NCBI GenBank assembly: GCA_028281325.1
Contig: JANQKC010000031.1
Coordinates: 25,223-89,222, forward strand
Length of the DNA stretch: 64,000 bases
Reading direction: 5' to 3'
From: Alphaproteobacteria bacterium
GTDB taxonomy: Bacteria; Pseudomonadota; Alphaproteobacteria; UBA8366
Below, one piece after another: positions 35,826-45,319 of the stretch. Numbering within the stretch: position 1 is the stretch's first letter; the number at the start of each line of letters is the position of its first letter. The notes beneath the pieces were generated by a model that saw nothing but the letters and a program-made list of their open reading frames with translations, was not told the DNA's origin and did not search any database. The position numbers and the translations under genes were made by a program.

Positions 35826-38068
35826 TGCGCGGCCCCGGCTTCGGGAAGATCATCATCGTCCGCATTCACCGGCTCCCAGGCATCGACTTGTTCGGGCTTG
35901 CCCGAAGCGATGCTGCGTCCGACGGCAAAGGTCGCAGCGGTGGTCGCCATCAGCGAGGATAGCGGGTTCGGCATGTCCCCGCCGCTCTTGATCGCGTCGA
36001 CGAAGGCTTCGAGCTGGTACTTCTGGCCCTTGTCGATATTGGCCGCGCGGTTGGTCTTGCACTTGCCGCCGCGCCACACTTCGGTGCGCTTGAAGTTCTG
36101 CAGACGCGCGACGCGGCCGTCGCCGAAGACTTCCATCATTTCCTTCGGGTATTTCGGGTCGCCGTTCGTCGCATAGGCGATCTTGGCGACCGAGCCGTCG
36201 GGATAGGTCAGCAGGGCGATCAGATTGTCCGGATCGCCTGGCGTCGCGATCGCGTGCGCCGACACCGGATCGGCGCCGAGCCACCACGACACGGTGTCGA
36301 TGAAGTGGCCGCCTTCGCCGGCGAAGCGGGTGCCCTGCGTGTCGGTCTGGTTGTACCAGCTGCCGGCTTCGAGCGGTCCGGCGTTGACCGTGTAGTGGAC
36401 CATCTGCGGCCCGGCGCAGTCGCCCCAGGCGTCTTTCAGGCCGGTCAGCACTTTCGCGAAACGGCGGTTGAAGCCGACCATCAGCCGGTCGTTGCCGGTC
36501 TCGTGGATCGTGTCGCGCACGGCGGCAAGTTGTTCCGCCGTGACCGCCAGCGGCTTCTCGACGAACACGGCCTTTCCGGCGCGCAATGCTTCGCACACTA
36601 TATAAGAATGGCTGTCGTGACGGGTGGCGATCAGCACGGCGTCGATCTCGCGGTCCGCGAGCAGGCCCTGGTAATCGGTGGACATGCGGTCGAAGTTGAA
36701 CTTCGACTGCGCATTGGCCGCCGACAGGGAGGTCGCCGTGGCGACTTCCACGAGGTCGACGTCCGAGCGACTCTTGAGATGCGGCAACAGCATCGTCGTC
36801 GCATAGTTGCCGCAGCCGATGACGCCCACGCGGACCCGGTCCATGCCCGACGGGTGCAGGCGCAGCGCCTGCGCCGGGGCGGGCTTCGGCGCGGGAATCT
36901 CCTCGACGTCCGCGCCTTCCAGCGGATACTTGAAGACCACGCCGAGACCTTGCAGCTCGCCGGCGTTGATCCGCTCGTAGACGGAAACGGCGTCGTCGAA
37001 GTCGACGACATCGCTCGTGATCACGTCGAAGTCGAGCTTGCCCGCCGCCAGCAGGTCGATGATGCATTCCATGTTGCGGCGCTCGGTCCAGCGGACGTAC
37101 CCGATCGGGTAATCGACGCCGCCTTCCTCATAAGTCGGGTCGTACCGGCCGGGACCGTAGGACCGCGAGAAGCGGACATCGAGTTCCTTCTCGTAATAGG
37201 CGTTCCACGGCAGGTCGAGCTTGCACTTGCCGATATCGACGATGCGGGCGCGGTCGCGCGCCAGGTCGGCGGCGATCTCGACCGGCTGGTTGGTGTTGCC
37301 GCCCGCGGTCAGGAAGACGTGATCCGCGCCGGCGCCGTTGGTCAGCGACATCAATGTCGCCTTCATCGCGTCGAACGAGGTCTGGCCGGGAATGCCGCAG
37401 GCGGCCGCGCCGCTGGCGACCGCTTGGTCGCAGCGCTCGGTGGACACGTCGATGCCGACGACATGAACGCCGGCCGCGCGGAGGATCTGCACCAGAATCT
37501 GGCCGACCAGGCCGAGACCGATGACGCAGGCGGTCTCGCCGAGGGCGGCCTCGGATTGCCGGAAGCCCTGCATCGAGATCGAGCCGACCGTGGCGTAGCT
37601 GGCGTGCAGCGAGGACACCGCGTCCGGAATCGCGACGCACATGTTGGTCGGGACCCAATTGTATTCGGCGTGCAGGGCGAACTGGTTGCCGCCGCAGGCG
37701 ACGCGCTGGCCGACCTTGAACTCTTCGACGCCGGAACCGACCGCGACCACCACGCCGGACAGCGAGTAGCCGAGCGGCGTATAGCTGTCGAGCCGGTTCA
37801 TGACCTTCTTATAGGTCGCGACCGGGCCCTGCTGCGCCATCGTCTGCATGACCTTCTTGACCTGGTCCGGACGGGCGCGCGCCTTGCCGATGAGCGACAG
37901 CTTGCTCTCGTGAATCTTCATGGCTTCGGTGCCCATGGAGATGAGCGAATAGTCGCTGCGCACCAGCACGCCGCCGGACTTGCAGGCGGGGACGGGAACG
38001 TCGAGCAGGGAGATTTCTCCGGATTTATAATTTTGTGCGATTTGCTTCATGGTCTTGTGCCTGAACAC
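35822..38068 (-). CDS. bi-domain oxidoreductase (N-terminal MDR/zinc-alcohol-dehydrogenase-like + C-terminal Gfo/Idh/MocA)
   Basis: 748 aa. The N-terminal half contains GVLVRSDYSLISMGTE and the Rossmann motif VIGLGLVGQILVQILRAAG. The C-terminal half contains RVGVIGCGNYATTMLLPHL and VFVEKPLAVT. Confidence 0.8.
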   Translation of the reverse strand: MFRHKTMKQIAQNYKSGEISLLDVPVPACKSGGVLVRSDYSLISMGTEAMKIHESKLSLIGKARARPDQVKKVMQTMAQQGPVATYKKVMNRLDSYTPLGYSLSGVVVAVGSGVEEFKVGQRVACGGNQFALHAEYNWVPTNMCVAIPDAVSSLHASYATVGSISMQGFRQSEAALGETACVIGLGLVGQILVQILRAAGVHVVGIDVSTERCDQAVASGAAACGIPGQTSFDAMKATLMSLTNGAGADHVFLTAGGNTNQPVEIAADLARDRARIVDIGKCKLDLPWNAYYEKELDVRFSRSYGPGRYDPTYEEGGVDYPIGYVRWTERRNMECIIDLLAAGKLDFDVITSDVVDFDDAVSVYERINAGELQGLGVVFKYPLEGADVEEIPAPKPAPAQALRLHPSGMDRVRVGVIGCGNYATTMLLPHLKSRSDVDLVEVATATSLSAANAQSKFNFDRMSTDYQGLLADREIDAVLIATRHDSHSYIVCEALRAGKAVFVEKPLAVTAEQLAAVRDTIHETGNDRLMVGFNRRFAKVLTGLKDAWGDCAGPQMVHYTVNAGPLEAGSWYNQTDTQGTRFAGEGGHFIDTVSWWLGADPVSAHAIATPGDPDNLIALLTYPDGSVAKIAYATNGDPKYPKEMMEVFGDGRVARLQNFKRTEVWRGGKCKTNRAANIDKGQKYQLEAFVDAIKSGGDMPNPLSSLMATTAATFAVGRSIASGKPEQVDAWEPVNADDDDLPEAGAAQ

Positions 38069-38128
38069 ACCCTGTTAAGTGTCGTTTCGATAAAGTATTA
38101 CGGCGTAACGGTTATTTTTTCGTTGCGG

Positions 38129-40045
38129 TTATAGCGTCGCCGACTGTTTGCGCAGCCAGCTTTCCAGCGTCATCATCTGCCAGATTTCCTTCGACCGGTC
38201 GGCCGTGCCGGCGCGGTCCTCGTCGACCATGCGGCGTACGGTCTTTCCGTTCAGGAAGCCCGACTTCACCATGTCGCCGTCGATCAGCAGGTCTTCCACC
38301 ATGTCCTTGAGATCGCGGCGGATCCAGGCGCGCAGCGGCGCGCTGAACAGGCCCTTCGGCCGGTAGATGACCTCCTTGGGCAGATACTGTTCCGCGGCCT
38401 TCTTGAGGACCGATTTGGTCTCGCGGCCGTCGATCTTGCGCTTGCCGGAAATGCCGAAGGCGGCGGCGACGACCTCGCGGTCCACATAGGGCACGCGAAC
38501 CTCGGTCGACGCGGCCATGCTGGCCCGGTCGGTATAGGCGAGGTTCAGGCCCGGCAGGAAATGGCGCGTATCGGTATAGCACATGCTGTTGACCTGATCG
38601 CTGCAGTTCGCCGTCCGGTATTCGTTGTACAGGTCGGCATGTTCGTCGACGAGGGTATCGACCGCGCCGTGCAGGTCCGGGTTCAGCAGCTCATGGAATT
38701 CGGGCACGCCGTAATGCGTGTAACTGCGCCGGAACGCGGTTTCTTCGGGCATGTCGGCGAAGGCGAGGAAGCGCTTCGCCCAGCGGACGGTGCGGAAACC
38801 GCGATCCTTGTAGGCCACCGGCAGCCGGTTGACGGTGGGACGGATCATGCCTTGCCGCACGAAGCCGGGAATCTTCCGGTATTGGGCGGCCAGCATGCAG
38901 GCGAGATGCTTGCGGTAGCCGCCGAACAATTCGTCGGCGCCCATGCCGGACAGCAGGACCTTGGTTCCCGTGTCCCGGGCCGCTTTGCAGATCAGATAGG
39001 CGTTGATCGCGGCCGCGTCGCCGATCGGCTCGTCGAGCATGTCGACAACGCGGGGCAGCATGTCGGCCACGTCGGGGGCGATCTCGATCTCGTGCAGCTT
39101 CAGATCGTAGGCCTTGGCGATCTTCCGCGCGTAGAACAGGTCGTCCGGCATGGCCTCGAGCTTCTGATCCTCTTCGCGAAAGGAGATCGTGTAGCCTTCG
39201 ATCGTATGACCCTGCCGGGCCGCGATCGCGGTGATCAGGCTGGAGTCGAGCCCGCCCGACAGAAAGGCCGAGACAGGGACGTCGGCGACCATATGGGCCT
39301 CGACCGAGTCCTCGATGATCGTGCGCAGCCGGTCGACCGTGATCTCCTCGTAGGAGTCGTGGATCAACTCGCGCTGCGGATCGTAGTAGCACTGTTCCCG
39401 ATAGTCGCCGTTCGGGGAGATTTCGGCCCAGTGCCCTGGCGGTAGTTTTTCCACGCCGTCGTAGACGCAGTGGCCTTCCGGAATCCAGTAATACATCAGC
39501 GACGAAATCAACGCCGTCGGGTTGACCTTCAGGTCGTCGCCGAGCGCCGGCGTGATCGCCTTCAGTTCGGAGGCGAACACCAGGCCGCCGTTGCGCCGCG
39601 CAATGAACAGCGGCTTGATGCCGAAAGGGTCGCGCGCCAGCGCGAGGCGGCCGGTCCGGGTGTCGAGCATCGCGAAAGCGAACATGCCGCGAAAGCGGTT
39701 GAGGCAATCGGCGCCCCATTTGCGCCAGGCTTCCAGGACGACCTCTGTGTCCGATGTGGTCCGGAATCGGACACCCGCGGCGCGGAGTTCTTCGCCGATC
39801 TCTTTATAGTTATAGAGTTCGCCGTTGTAGACGATGATGAGGCCGTCTTTCTCGAACGGCTGGTTCGCGGCCTCCGACAGATCGATGATCGACAGCCGCC
39901 GATGTCCAAGCCGGACGTCGGCGCCATGGCTCACGATCTCGTGAATGCCTTCGGCATCGGGCCCACGGTGGGCGATCGCATCGAGCATGCGCGGCAATAC
40001 ATCCGCGTCGGCCGGGATTCCGTATAGGCCGGCTATTCCGCACAT
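38129..40045 (-). CDS. asnB: asparagine synthase (glutamine-hydrolysing) family amidotransferase
   Basis: 638 aa. The Ntn nucleophile is in MCGIAGLYG. The GATase_7 region is HRRLSIIDLS...NQPF. The PP-loop is SAFLSGGLDSSLI. This is probably a polysaccharide-amidating paralogue rather than the housekeeping AsnB. Confidence 0.85.
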   Translation of the reverse strand: MCGIAGLYGIPADADVLPRMLDAIAHRGPDAEGIHEIVSHGADVRLGHRRLSIIDLSEAANQPFEKDGLIIVYNGELYNYKEIGEELRAAGVRFRTTSDTEVVLEAWRKWGADCLNRFRGMFAFAMLDTRTGRLALARDPFGIKPLFIARRNGGLVFASELKAITPALGDDLKVNPTALISSLMYYWIPEGHCVYDGVEKLPPGHWAEISPNGDYREQCYYDPQRELIHDSYEEITVDRLRTIIEDSVEAHMVADVPVSAFLSGGLDSSLITAIAARQGHTIEGYTISFREEDQKLEAMPDDLFYARKIAKAYDLKLHEIEIAPDVADMLPRVVDMLDEPIGDAAAINAYLICKAARDTGTKVLLSGMGADELFGGYRKHLACMLAAQYRKIPGFVRQGMIRPTVNRLPVAYKDRGFRTVRWAKRFLAFADMPEETAFRRSYTHYGVPEFHELLNPDLHGAVDTLVDEHADLYNEYRTANCSDQVNSMCYTDTRHFLPGLNLAYTDRASMAASTEVRVPYVDREVVAAAFGISGKRKIDGRETKSVLKKAAEQYLPKEVIYRPKGLFSAPLRAWIRRDLKDMVEDLLIDGDMVKSGFLNGKTVRRMVDEDRAGTADRSKEIWQMMTLESWLRKQSATL

Positions 40046-40693
40046 GACTGAAAATCTCCTTGTTCGACATGCCGCATCGAGTCGCCATAGGGTCGATCCA
40101 AGGCGACGCCTTCGAGATGCGCGGGAGCCCGCGTCTCTCGAAGGGTGTGGGGGCTAAACTGATGGGTTGAAAACGGCACGGTCGCCTCAATTAACTATCT
40201 AAAACTGCGGAGAAATAATCGGTATAAGGTCGGTGCCCTAGGACCGCTTCGATGCCTGAGAATCACCATCGACCCCACCGTTGATGTATGGCTCCCCATA
40301 CCGATAGCTCCCCAGGGGCTAGCCCGTTCACGTCAAGTGCCCCGCAAGAATTGTCTTATCCGGGCGGAGTTTGAGCCAAGAATGCCGTGTTGACATTAAT
40401 CCATTCGAAATAACCCCTTTGGTCGCTGCCATCGTCTCAGAATCTATGGCTTATGGGGGTATCGATGCTCCGCGTTTGTGTTTCATCGAACGAGGGGGCG
40501 TCGGGAGACATAGACTTTCTGGGGGGATCGGAACTGCGCCGGGATATTAACTGCAAAGGTGGTAACACCATTGCGAAATTGTCTCTGCAAAATATTGATT
40601 TACCTTAGAAATCTAGTCGACGGGAAATCGAGTAAAGAATCGTTTCTAGGAAAAACCTATACTAATTTTCGGCTGTCTTGAGGCCCATTCGTA

Positions 40694-42460
40694 ATGCACC
40701 CGATTGACAAAAAGATATTCACGCGACTTATCCGCTTGCTTCGTAAGAACCGGCGGTCGGTCTCACCTTCTGAAATCGTCGATGTGGTTGAGATGATTGA
40801 CCCGGTACTCGGATCGCCTGAGGCGGATAAGCCCGGCACGATCAGCGGTGGTGGTCCGCGTGATGGTCGGACGCCCGACAAGGCCGCCGGAAAACCGGCT
40901 GTGTCCGAACCGGGCAGGAAGACCCGCAACGACGAAAGAGTCCTCGGGTCGCCTGAAGTCGGCGATGCCGATTTGGATGCCGCCGTGTCGGAGCAGCGTC
41001 AGGCGGCGGACAATCAGAACGAAGGACCGGGTGTCGTTGTCGCCGATGGAGCGGAGGACCTGACCGGCGCCGAACGCAAGAGCACGATGCTGCGGACCGT
41101 CTCGGTCCGTCAGAGCGAGTTGGCCAAACACGAAAGCAACCTGCCGGACGCGCCGTCCTTTAACATCGTCGCCAACGCGCGCTTATGGCGCCGGGATCAG
41201 GGTAACCTGAATTATTCGGGTGAGGTTGCGAAGCTTTATCGCGATGTTTTCACGCCGACGCGGCCGAAGCGCGCCTATAAAGATTTTTCCGGCCGGCGCG
41301 ATATGATCGAGTCGATCATCCAGGCGGTCGAGGAAGAAAGAACGCATGTCGTGCTTCTCGGCGAGAAGGGGATCGGCAAGACCTCCTTGGCCAACATCGT
41401 TGGCGAATGCGCCAAGGAGGCGGGCTATCTCGTTGCCCGCGTGACCTGCTCCGCCGATCTGACATTCGAACATCTCATGCGGTCGATCCTCGAACAGTTT
41501 TCGAACCGGATCGCCGAAGCGCCCGTCGGCGACCTGCTGCAGAAGCGGCTTGGGGCGTCGGACCTCATCGACCTGATGGAAGACGATGCGTTCGATGTCC
41601 CGTCGGCGATCCGGGTATTCCAGAAGCTTGCGGAAAATCAAGCGATTGTGCTGATCGATGATTTCGAGCGCATCGAGTGTAACGACTTCAAGGTCAAGAT
41701 TGCGGAGTTGATGGAGATCTTGTCCGATCAGGGCGCGTGGTTGTCGCTGCTGATCTTCGGGCGCGGCGCGCGGGCCGTTGACATTCTCCCGGATGCGTTC
41801 GAGACGGTGCCGAACGTTACGTGGCTCAAATTGCAGCCGATGAAGGAAGAGGAATGCAGCCACGCCATCCGGCGGGGTGCGGCATCCGTCGGCATTCGCT
41901 TCGACGAGCCTGTTGTCGACGCGCTGGTCAGCCTGTCGCAGGGCGTGCCGTCGGCGCTGCAATGGCTTTGCCTTCTGTCGATTCGGCGGGCGACGCAACG
42001 GTATGCGTCCGACGTGGAGTTGCAGGACTTGGCCGAGATCGTCGGCCTTGCGGCGAACAAGGTCGATCCGAAACTGAGCGCCTGCTACGACGATTTGTGC
42101 GGTGCCAGGCGCGGGCAGTCGATCGACGACACCTTGTATCTCGCGGTGCGGACGCCGGCCGATTCCAACGGCATCTTTTCCACCGAGAGCATGAGCCATA
42201 TTTCCTTCGACGCGATCGGGCGCTCCATGGTCGAGTTGCCGTTGCATAAGGCGTTGAGCCGGCTCTCCAAGAATGGCGGCGAACAGCCGGCCGTATTGGA
42301 AAAGATGCAGGCGTCGGGCGGGACCTGCTATCGCTTCGTCGATCCGACGATGCGGTCCATCGTGATGATGAAAAATGTCGGTCGTCTGGCCGATATGCCG
42401 GATTCGTTGATCGAGAAGGCCGATAACATCGAATTGCTGCCGTCACCGGGTGCCGCGTAA
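40694..42460 (+). CDS. P-loop NTPase (AAA/ORC-like ATP-binding protein) with a long low-complexity N-terminal region
   Basis: 588 aa. The first ~170 aa are Pro/Gly/Asp-rich and probably disordered. Walker A is VVLLGEKGIGKTSLANIV and Walker B-like is AIVLIDDFERI. It is the first gene of the plus-strand export block. Confidence 0.6.
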   Translation: MHPIDKKIFTRLIRLLRKNRRSVSPSEIVDVVEMIDPVLGSPEADKPGTISGGGPRDGRTPDKAAGKPAVSEPGRKTRNDERVLGSPEVGDADLDAAVSEQRQAADNQNEGPGVVVADGAEDLTGAERKSTMLRTVSVRQSELAKHESNLPDAPSFNIVANARLWRRDQGNLNYSGEVAKLYRDVFTPTRPKRAYKDFSGRRDMIESIIQAVEEERTHVVLLGEKGIGKTSLANIVGECAKEAGYLVARVTCSADLTFEHLMRSILEQFSNRIAEAPVGDLLQKRLGASDLIDLMEDDAFDVPSAIRVFQKLAENQAIVLIDDFERIECNDFKVKIAELMEILSDQGAWLSLLIFGRGARAVDILPDAFETVPNVTWLKLQPMKEEECSHAIRRGAASVGIRFDEPVVDALVSLSQGVPSALQWLCLLSIRRATQRYASDVELQDLAEIVGLAANKVDPKLSACYDDLCGARRGQSIDDTLYLAVRTPADSNGIFSTESMSHISFDAIGRSMVELPLHKALSRLSKNGGEQPAVLEKMQASGGTCYRFVDPTMRSIVMMKNVGRLADMPDSLIEKADNIELLPSPGAA

Positions 42461-42649
42461 GCGTTTGCGCGTCGGTTAACGGCTGGTTAACGACTGCCTG
42501 CGCCGTCGGTCGGGCAGCATCGTCGAGCAGTGTTATCTAATTGTCACAGTCCTCTAGACAATCCTAAAAGTTGTGAAGTGAAGGTTTGTCAGCCCTCGCT
42601 TCCTCGGGGTAAGTTACCGCAGCAAAGTTGTGGTTGATGGGAAGGGGCT

Positions 42650-43978
42650 ATGTTGGGAAAGCGCTCGTGTGCGGGTATGCGCGTCGTGGCAAGCAGCCGC
42701 GCGCTTGGTCTTCTGGGACTGGGATTGAGTGTCGGTATTTTGTCCGCGACGGCGGTGAATGCACAGATCGCTCCGGAATATCTCTACAATAGAGGCATCT
42801 TCGATTCCGATATTCCGCGCGGTGAGACCGTGCGCTCGCGGGAGCGTCCGGAACTCGACGCGCTCGGCGTGCGGGGCGGAGGGTTCCTTGTCTTCCCGTC
42901 GCTGACCAATCGTTTCAGCTACAATGACAATATCTTCGCCACCGACGGCAACGAGACAGACGACTTCATTTACCAGCTACAGCCCGAGCTGGATATTCGG
43001 TCCGATTGGAACAATCACGAAGTCGCCCTCAACATCGCCGGCGATGTCGGCTTTTTCGCCGACAATTCCGACGAAAATTTCGAGGATGTAAGCTTGTCGG
43101 CCAGCGGCCGGCTCGACGTACGGCGCAGCACGGCGGTGCGCGGCAATGTCGGTTTCAGCCGCGAACATGAAGAGCGCAGCGACCCCGATGACGTCGGCGG
43201 AACCGAGCCGACGATCTTTCGGAGGTTCGATGCCGGCGGCACCGTCCGGCATCGGTTCAACCGCCTCTCGATTTCCGGCGGCGGGGCGGTTCGATACTTG
43301 GACTATGACGACACGCCGACCGCCGGTGCAGACATCAACAACGACGACCGCGACCGGTTGGTCATCCTCCCGAGCGTCCGCGCCGGCTATGAAATCATTC
43401 CCGATTACGAAGCGTTCGTGCGGGTCGATGGCGAGTTCACGCGATATGATACGGCCCGGGACGACGCCGGGTTCCAGCGCGATTCGGAGGGGTTCGATGT
43501 CGTTGCTGGCGCGGCGGTCGATCTGACGGGGCTGTTGTTCGGCGACTTCTTCGCCGGGTATCGTGAGCGGTATTTCGATGACTCCCGGTTCGATACGCTC
43601 AGAGGGCCGGTTGTCGGTTCGACGCTGACGTGGATTCCAACGGGGTTGACCACGGTGATCTTGGATATCAATAGCGAGGTCGTCGAGTCGACGGCGACCG
43701 ATTCTTCCGGGTACCAAAGTACGGCGGCGAGCGTTTCCGTCGATCACGAGTTGCTGCGCAACCTGATCCTTGGCGGCGAAGTGGCGTTCCGGTACGACGA
43801 CTACGAGGGCATCTCCCGTGAAGAGAAGAATTACGGTGTTGGAATCTCGGCGGATTACCTATGGAACCGATACCTGACGCTGGGAGCGAGCTACGATTTC
43901 CGATATCGCGACAGCAACGTCGCCGATGAGGATTTGACCCGTAACATCTTTTCGCTCTTCTTGCGGGCGCAGCTCTAA
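42650..43978 (+). CDS. outer-membrane beta-barrel protein (polysaccharide-export-associated porin-like)
   Basis: 442 aa with a signal peptide MRVVASSRALGLLGLGLSVGILSATAVNAQ. Amphipathic strands alternate throughout (e.g. LTLGASYDFRYRD...NIFSLFLRAQL at the C-terminus), and the sequence is rich in Asp, Gly, Arg and Tyr turns. Confidence 0.6.
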   Translation: MLGKRSCAGMRVVASSRALGLLGLGLSVGILSATAVNAQIAPEYLYNRGIFDSDIPRGETVRSRERPELDALGVRGGGFLVFPSLTNRFSYNDNIFATDGNETDDFIYQLQPELDIRSDWNNHEVALNIAGDVGFFADNSDENFEDVSLSASGRLDVRRSTAVRGNVGFSREHEERSDPDDVGGTEPTIFRRFDAGGTVRHRFNRLSISGGGAVRYLDYDDTPTAGADINNDDRDRLVILPSVRAGYEIIPDYEAFVRVDGEFTRYDTARDDAGFQRDSEGFDVVAGAAVDLTGLLFGDFFAGYRERYFDDSRFDTLRGPVVGSTLTWIPTGLTTVILDINSEVVESTATDSSGYQSTAASVSVDHELLRNLILGGEVAFRYDDYEGISREEKNYGVGISADYLWNRYLTLGASYDFRYRDSNVADEDLTRNIFSLFLRAQL

Positions 43979-44354
43979 CGCCCTTTTCCAATCGGTTTTG
44001 AGACATACGCAAGCGGCTGCGTCGTTCGATTTCGGCGCAGCTCTTTGCGTATCGGATTGCCCTATCCTATCGATCGGGTAGGGCGTTTCTATCTGCCATC
44101 GTAGATAGCGGTTTTGGGCGCATTACAATGCCGCAACCATCGCGGCGGCCGAATTGCGTCAATTTTTGGTAGTAATACTAAAGGCATGGGTTAGTTCTCT
44201 GAACTTCTTACTATAATCGTTTTTAGTGAACCGTCGGAAACGGCCCGGCTTGGCCGTGCGTCGGCGGATGCGGAAAGGGGTCTGTGCCCTCTTTCGTCTC
44301 GACGACGACAAGAACCCGGAATTAACGATTAGGACGGAATCAAAGGCGCTGGTC

Positions 44355-44894
44355 ATGATGAAAATGATGCGTTCGATATTTACGGTTTTCCTGTTGGTCG
44401 GCTTTTCGGCGTCTGCCTGGGCCGGTGATGCCACCTATAGCCTGGGGGCGGGCGACAAGGTCCGTATTACCGTGTTCGGCGAGCCCGACCTGACCGGTGA
44501 GTATGAGGTCGACGGGTCCGGCGTCGTGGCGTTCCCCCTGGTCGGTGAAGTGCAGGCTGCCAGCGGCACGGCGCGGGATCTTGAGCGTCGGATCGTGGCA
44601 AAGTTGCAGGAAGGCTATCTGAAGCATCCGACCGTCAATGTCGAGGTCTTGACCTATCGTCCGTTCTTCATCATGGGCGAAGTAAAGGCGCCAGGCGGGT
44701 ACGCCTATCGTAACGGGTTGACGTTGATGAATGCCGTGGCCATGGCGGGCGGATACACCTATCGCGCAAAGTCGAATGTCTGGGTGGTCACGCGCGACGG
44801 CGGCGAGCGGAAGATGCAGGCCGAGGAAATTGCCAATGGGAATTTCCGCGTGTTGCCGGGCGATACGATCCTTATTCCAGAACGTTTCTTTTAA
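44355..44894 (+). CDS. wza: short polysaccharide export (OPX, Wza/GumB-like) protein
   Basis: The most plausible start is ATG 44355 within ORF 44226..44894, giving the signal peptide MMKMMRSIFTVFLLVGFSASAWAG. The Poly_export motif is YSLGAGDKVRITVFGEPDLTGEYEVDGSGVVAFPLVG...PTVNVEVLTYRPFFIMGEVKAPGGYAY. There is one SLBB-like module. At only about 179 aa it lacks a C-terminal outer-membrane helix domain. Confidence 0.85.
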   Translation: MMKMMRSIFTVFLLVGFSASAWAGDATYSLGAGDKVRITVFGEPDLTGEYEVDGSGVVAFPLVGEVQAASGTARDLERRIVAKLQEGYLKHPTVNVEVLTYRPFFIMGEVKAPGGYAYRNGLTLMNAVAMAGGYTYRAKSNVWVVTRDGGERKMQAEEIANGNFRVLPGDTILIPERFF

Positions 44895-45319
44895 GGCTGT
44901 TTTCTTCCTCGGTTTGGGGGCGGAAGGCAACGGTACGGTCGGGCCGGTCGTCCTGGGCGCGTCCGGTCGGAACCCAAGCTAAAGGCGGTCCTTTTTTGAC
45001 TTTCTTACTTATTTACTACCGCCTTTGCTCCTTTCGTATCGAATCTGGCCATGGGGTATACATTCTTTAGGTAATAAACGGCTGGAACCGCGACTGTGTG
45101 ATGGCGGGCTCTGGTCCAAAAATAAAGTGTGAAATCGTTTTTTGAGCCGGTATGGCCGGTTCGGGAGTTTAGAGGGGAGATGCAGAATCAATCTAATCCG
45201 TTCGGGGATGCAAGTCGGAAACAATCCGGCGGCCCGATGCGACGGCTGATTGGTCTGACTTCCGATCCTGTGAGTGTTCGCGAAACCTGGTTGAACCCTG
45301 TTCGGACGAGTCTCAAATA

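Noticed and set aside
30213-38134. Large plus-strand ORFs (30213-31088, 31300-32508, 32360-33733, 33813-34652, 34941-36176, 36254-38134), plus same-strand off-frame ORFs (31271-32215, 35853-37067, 38691-39719).
   Set aside because: All overlap the well-supported six-gene minus-strand operon. Their compositions (Arg/Asp/Val/His-rich mirror of codon position 3) indicate shadow ORFs.
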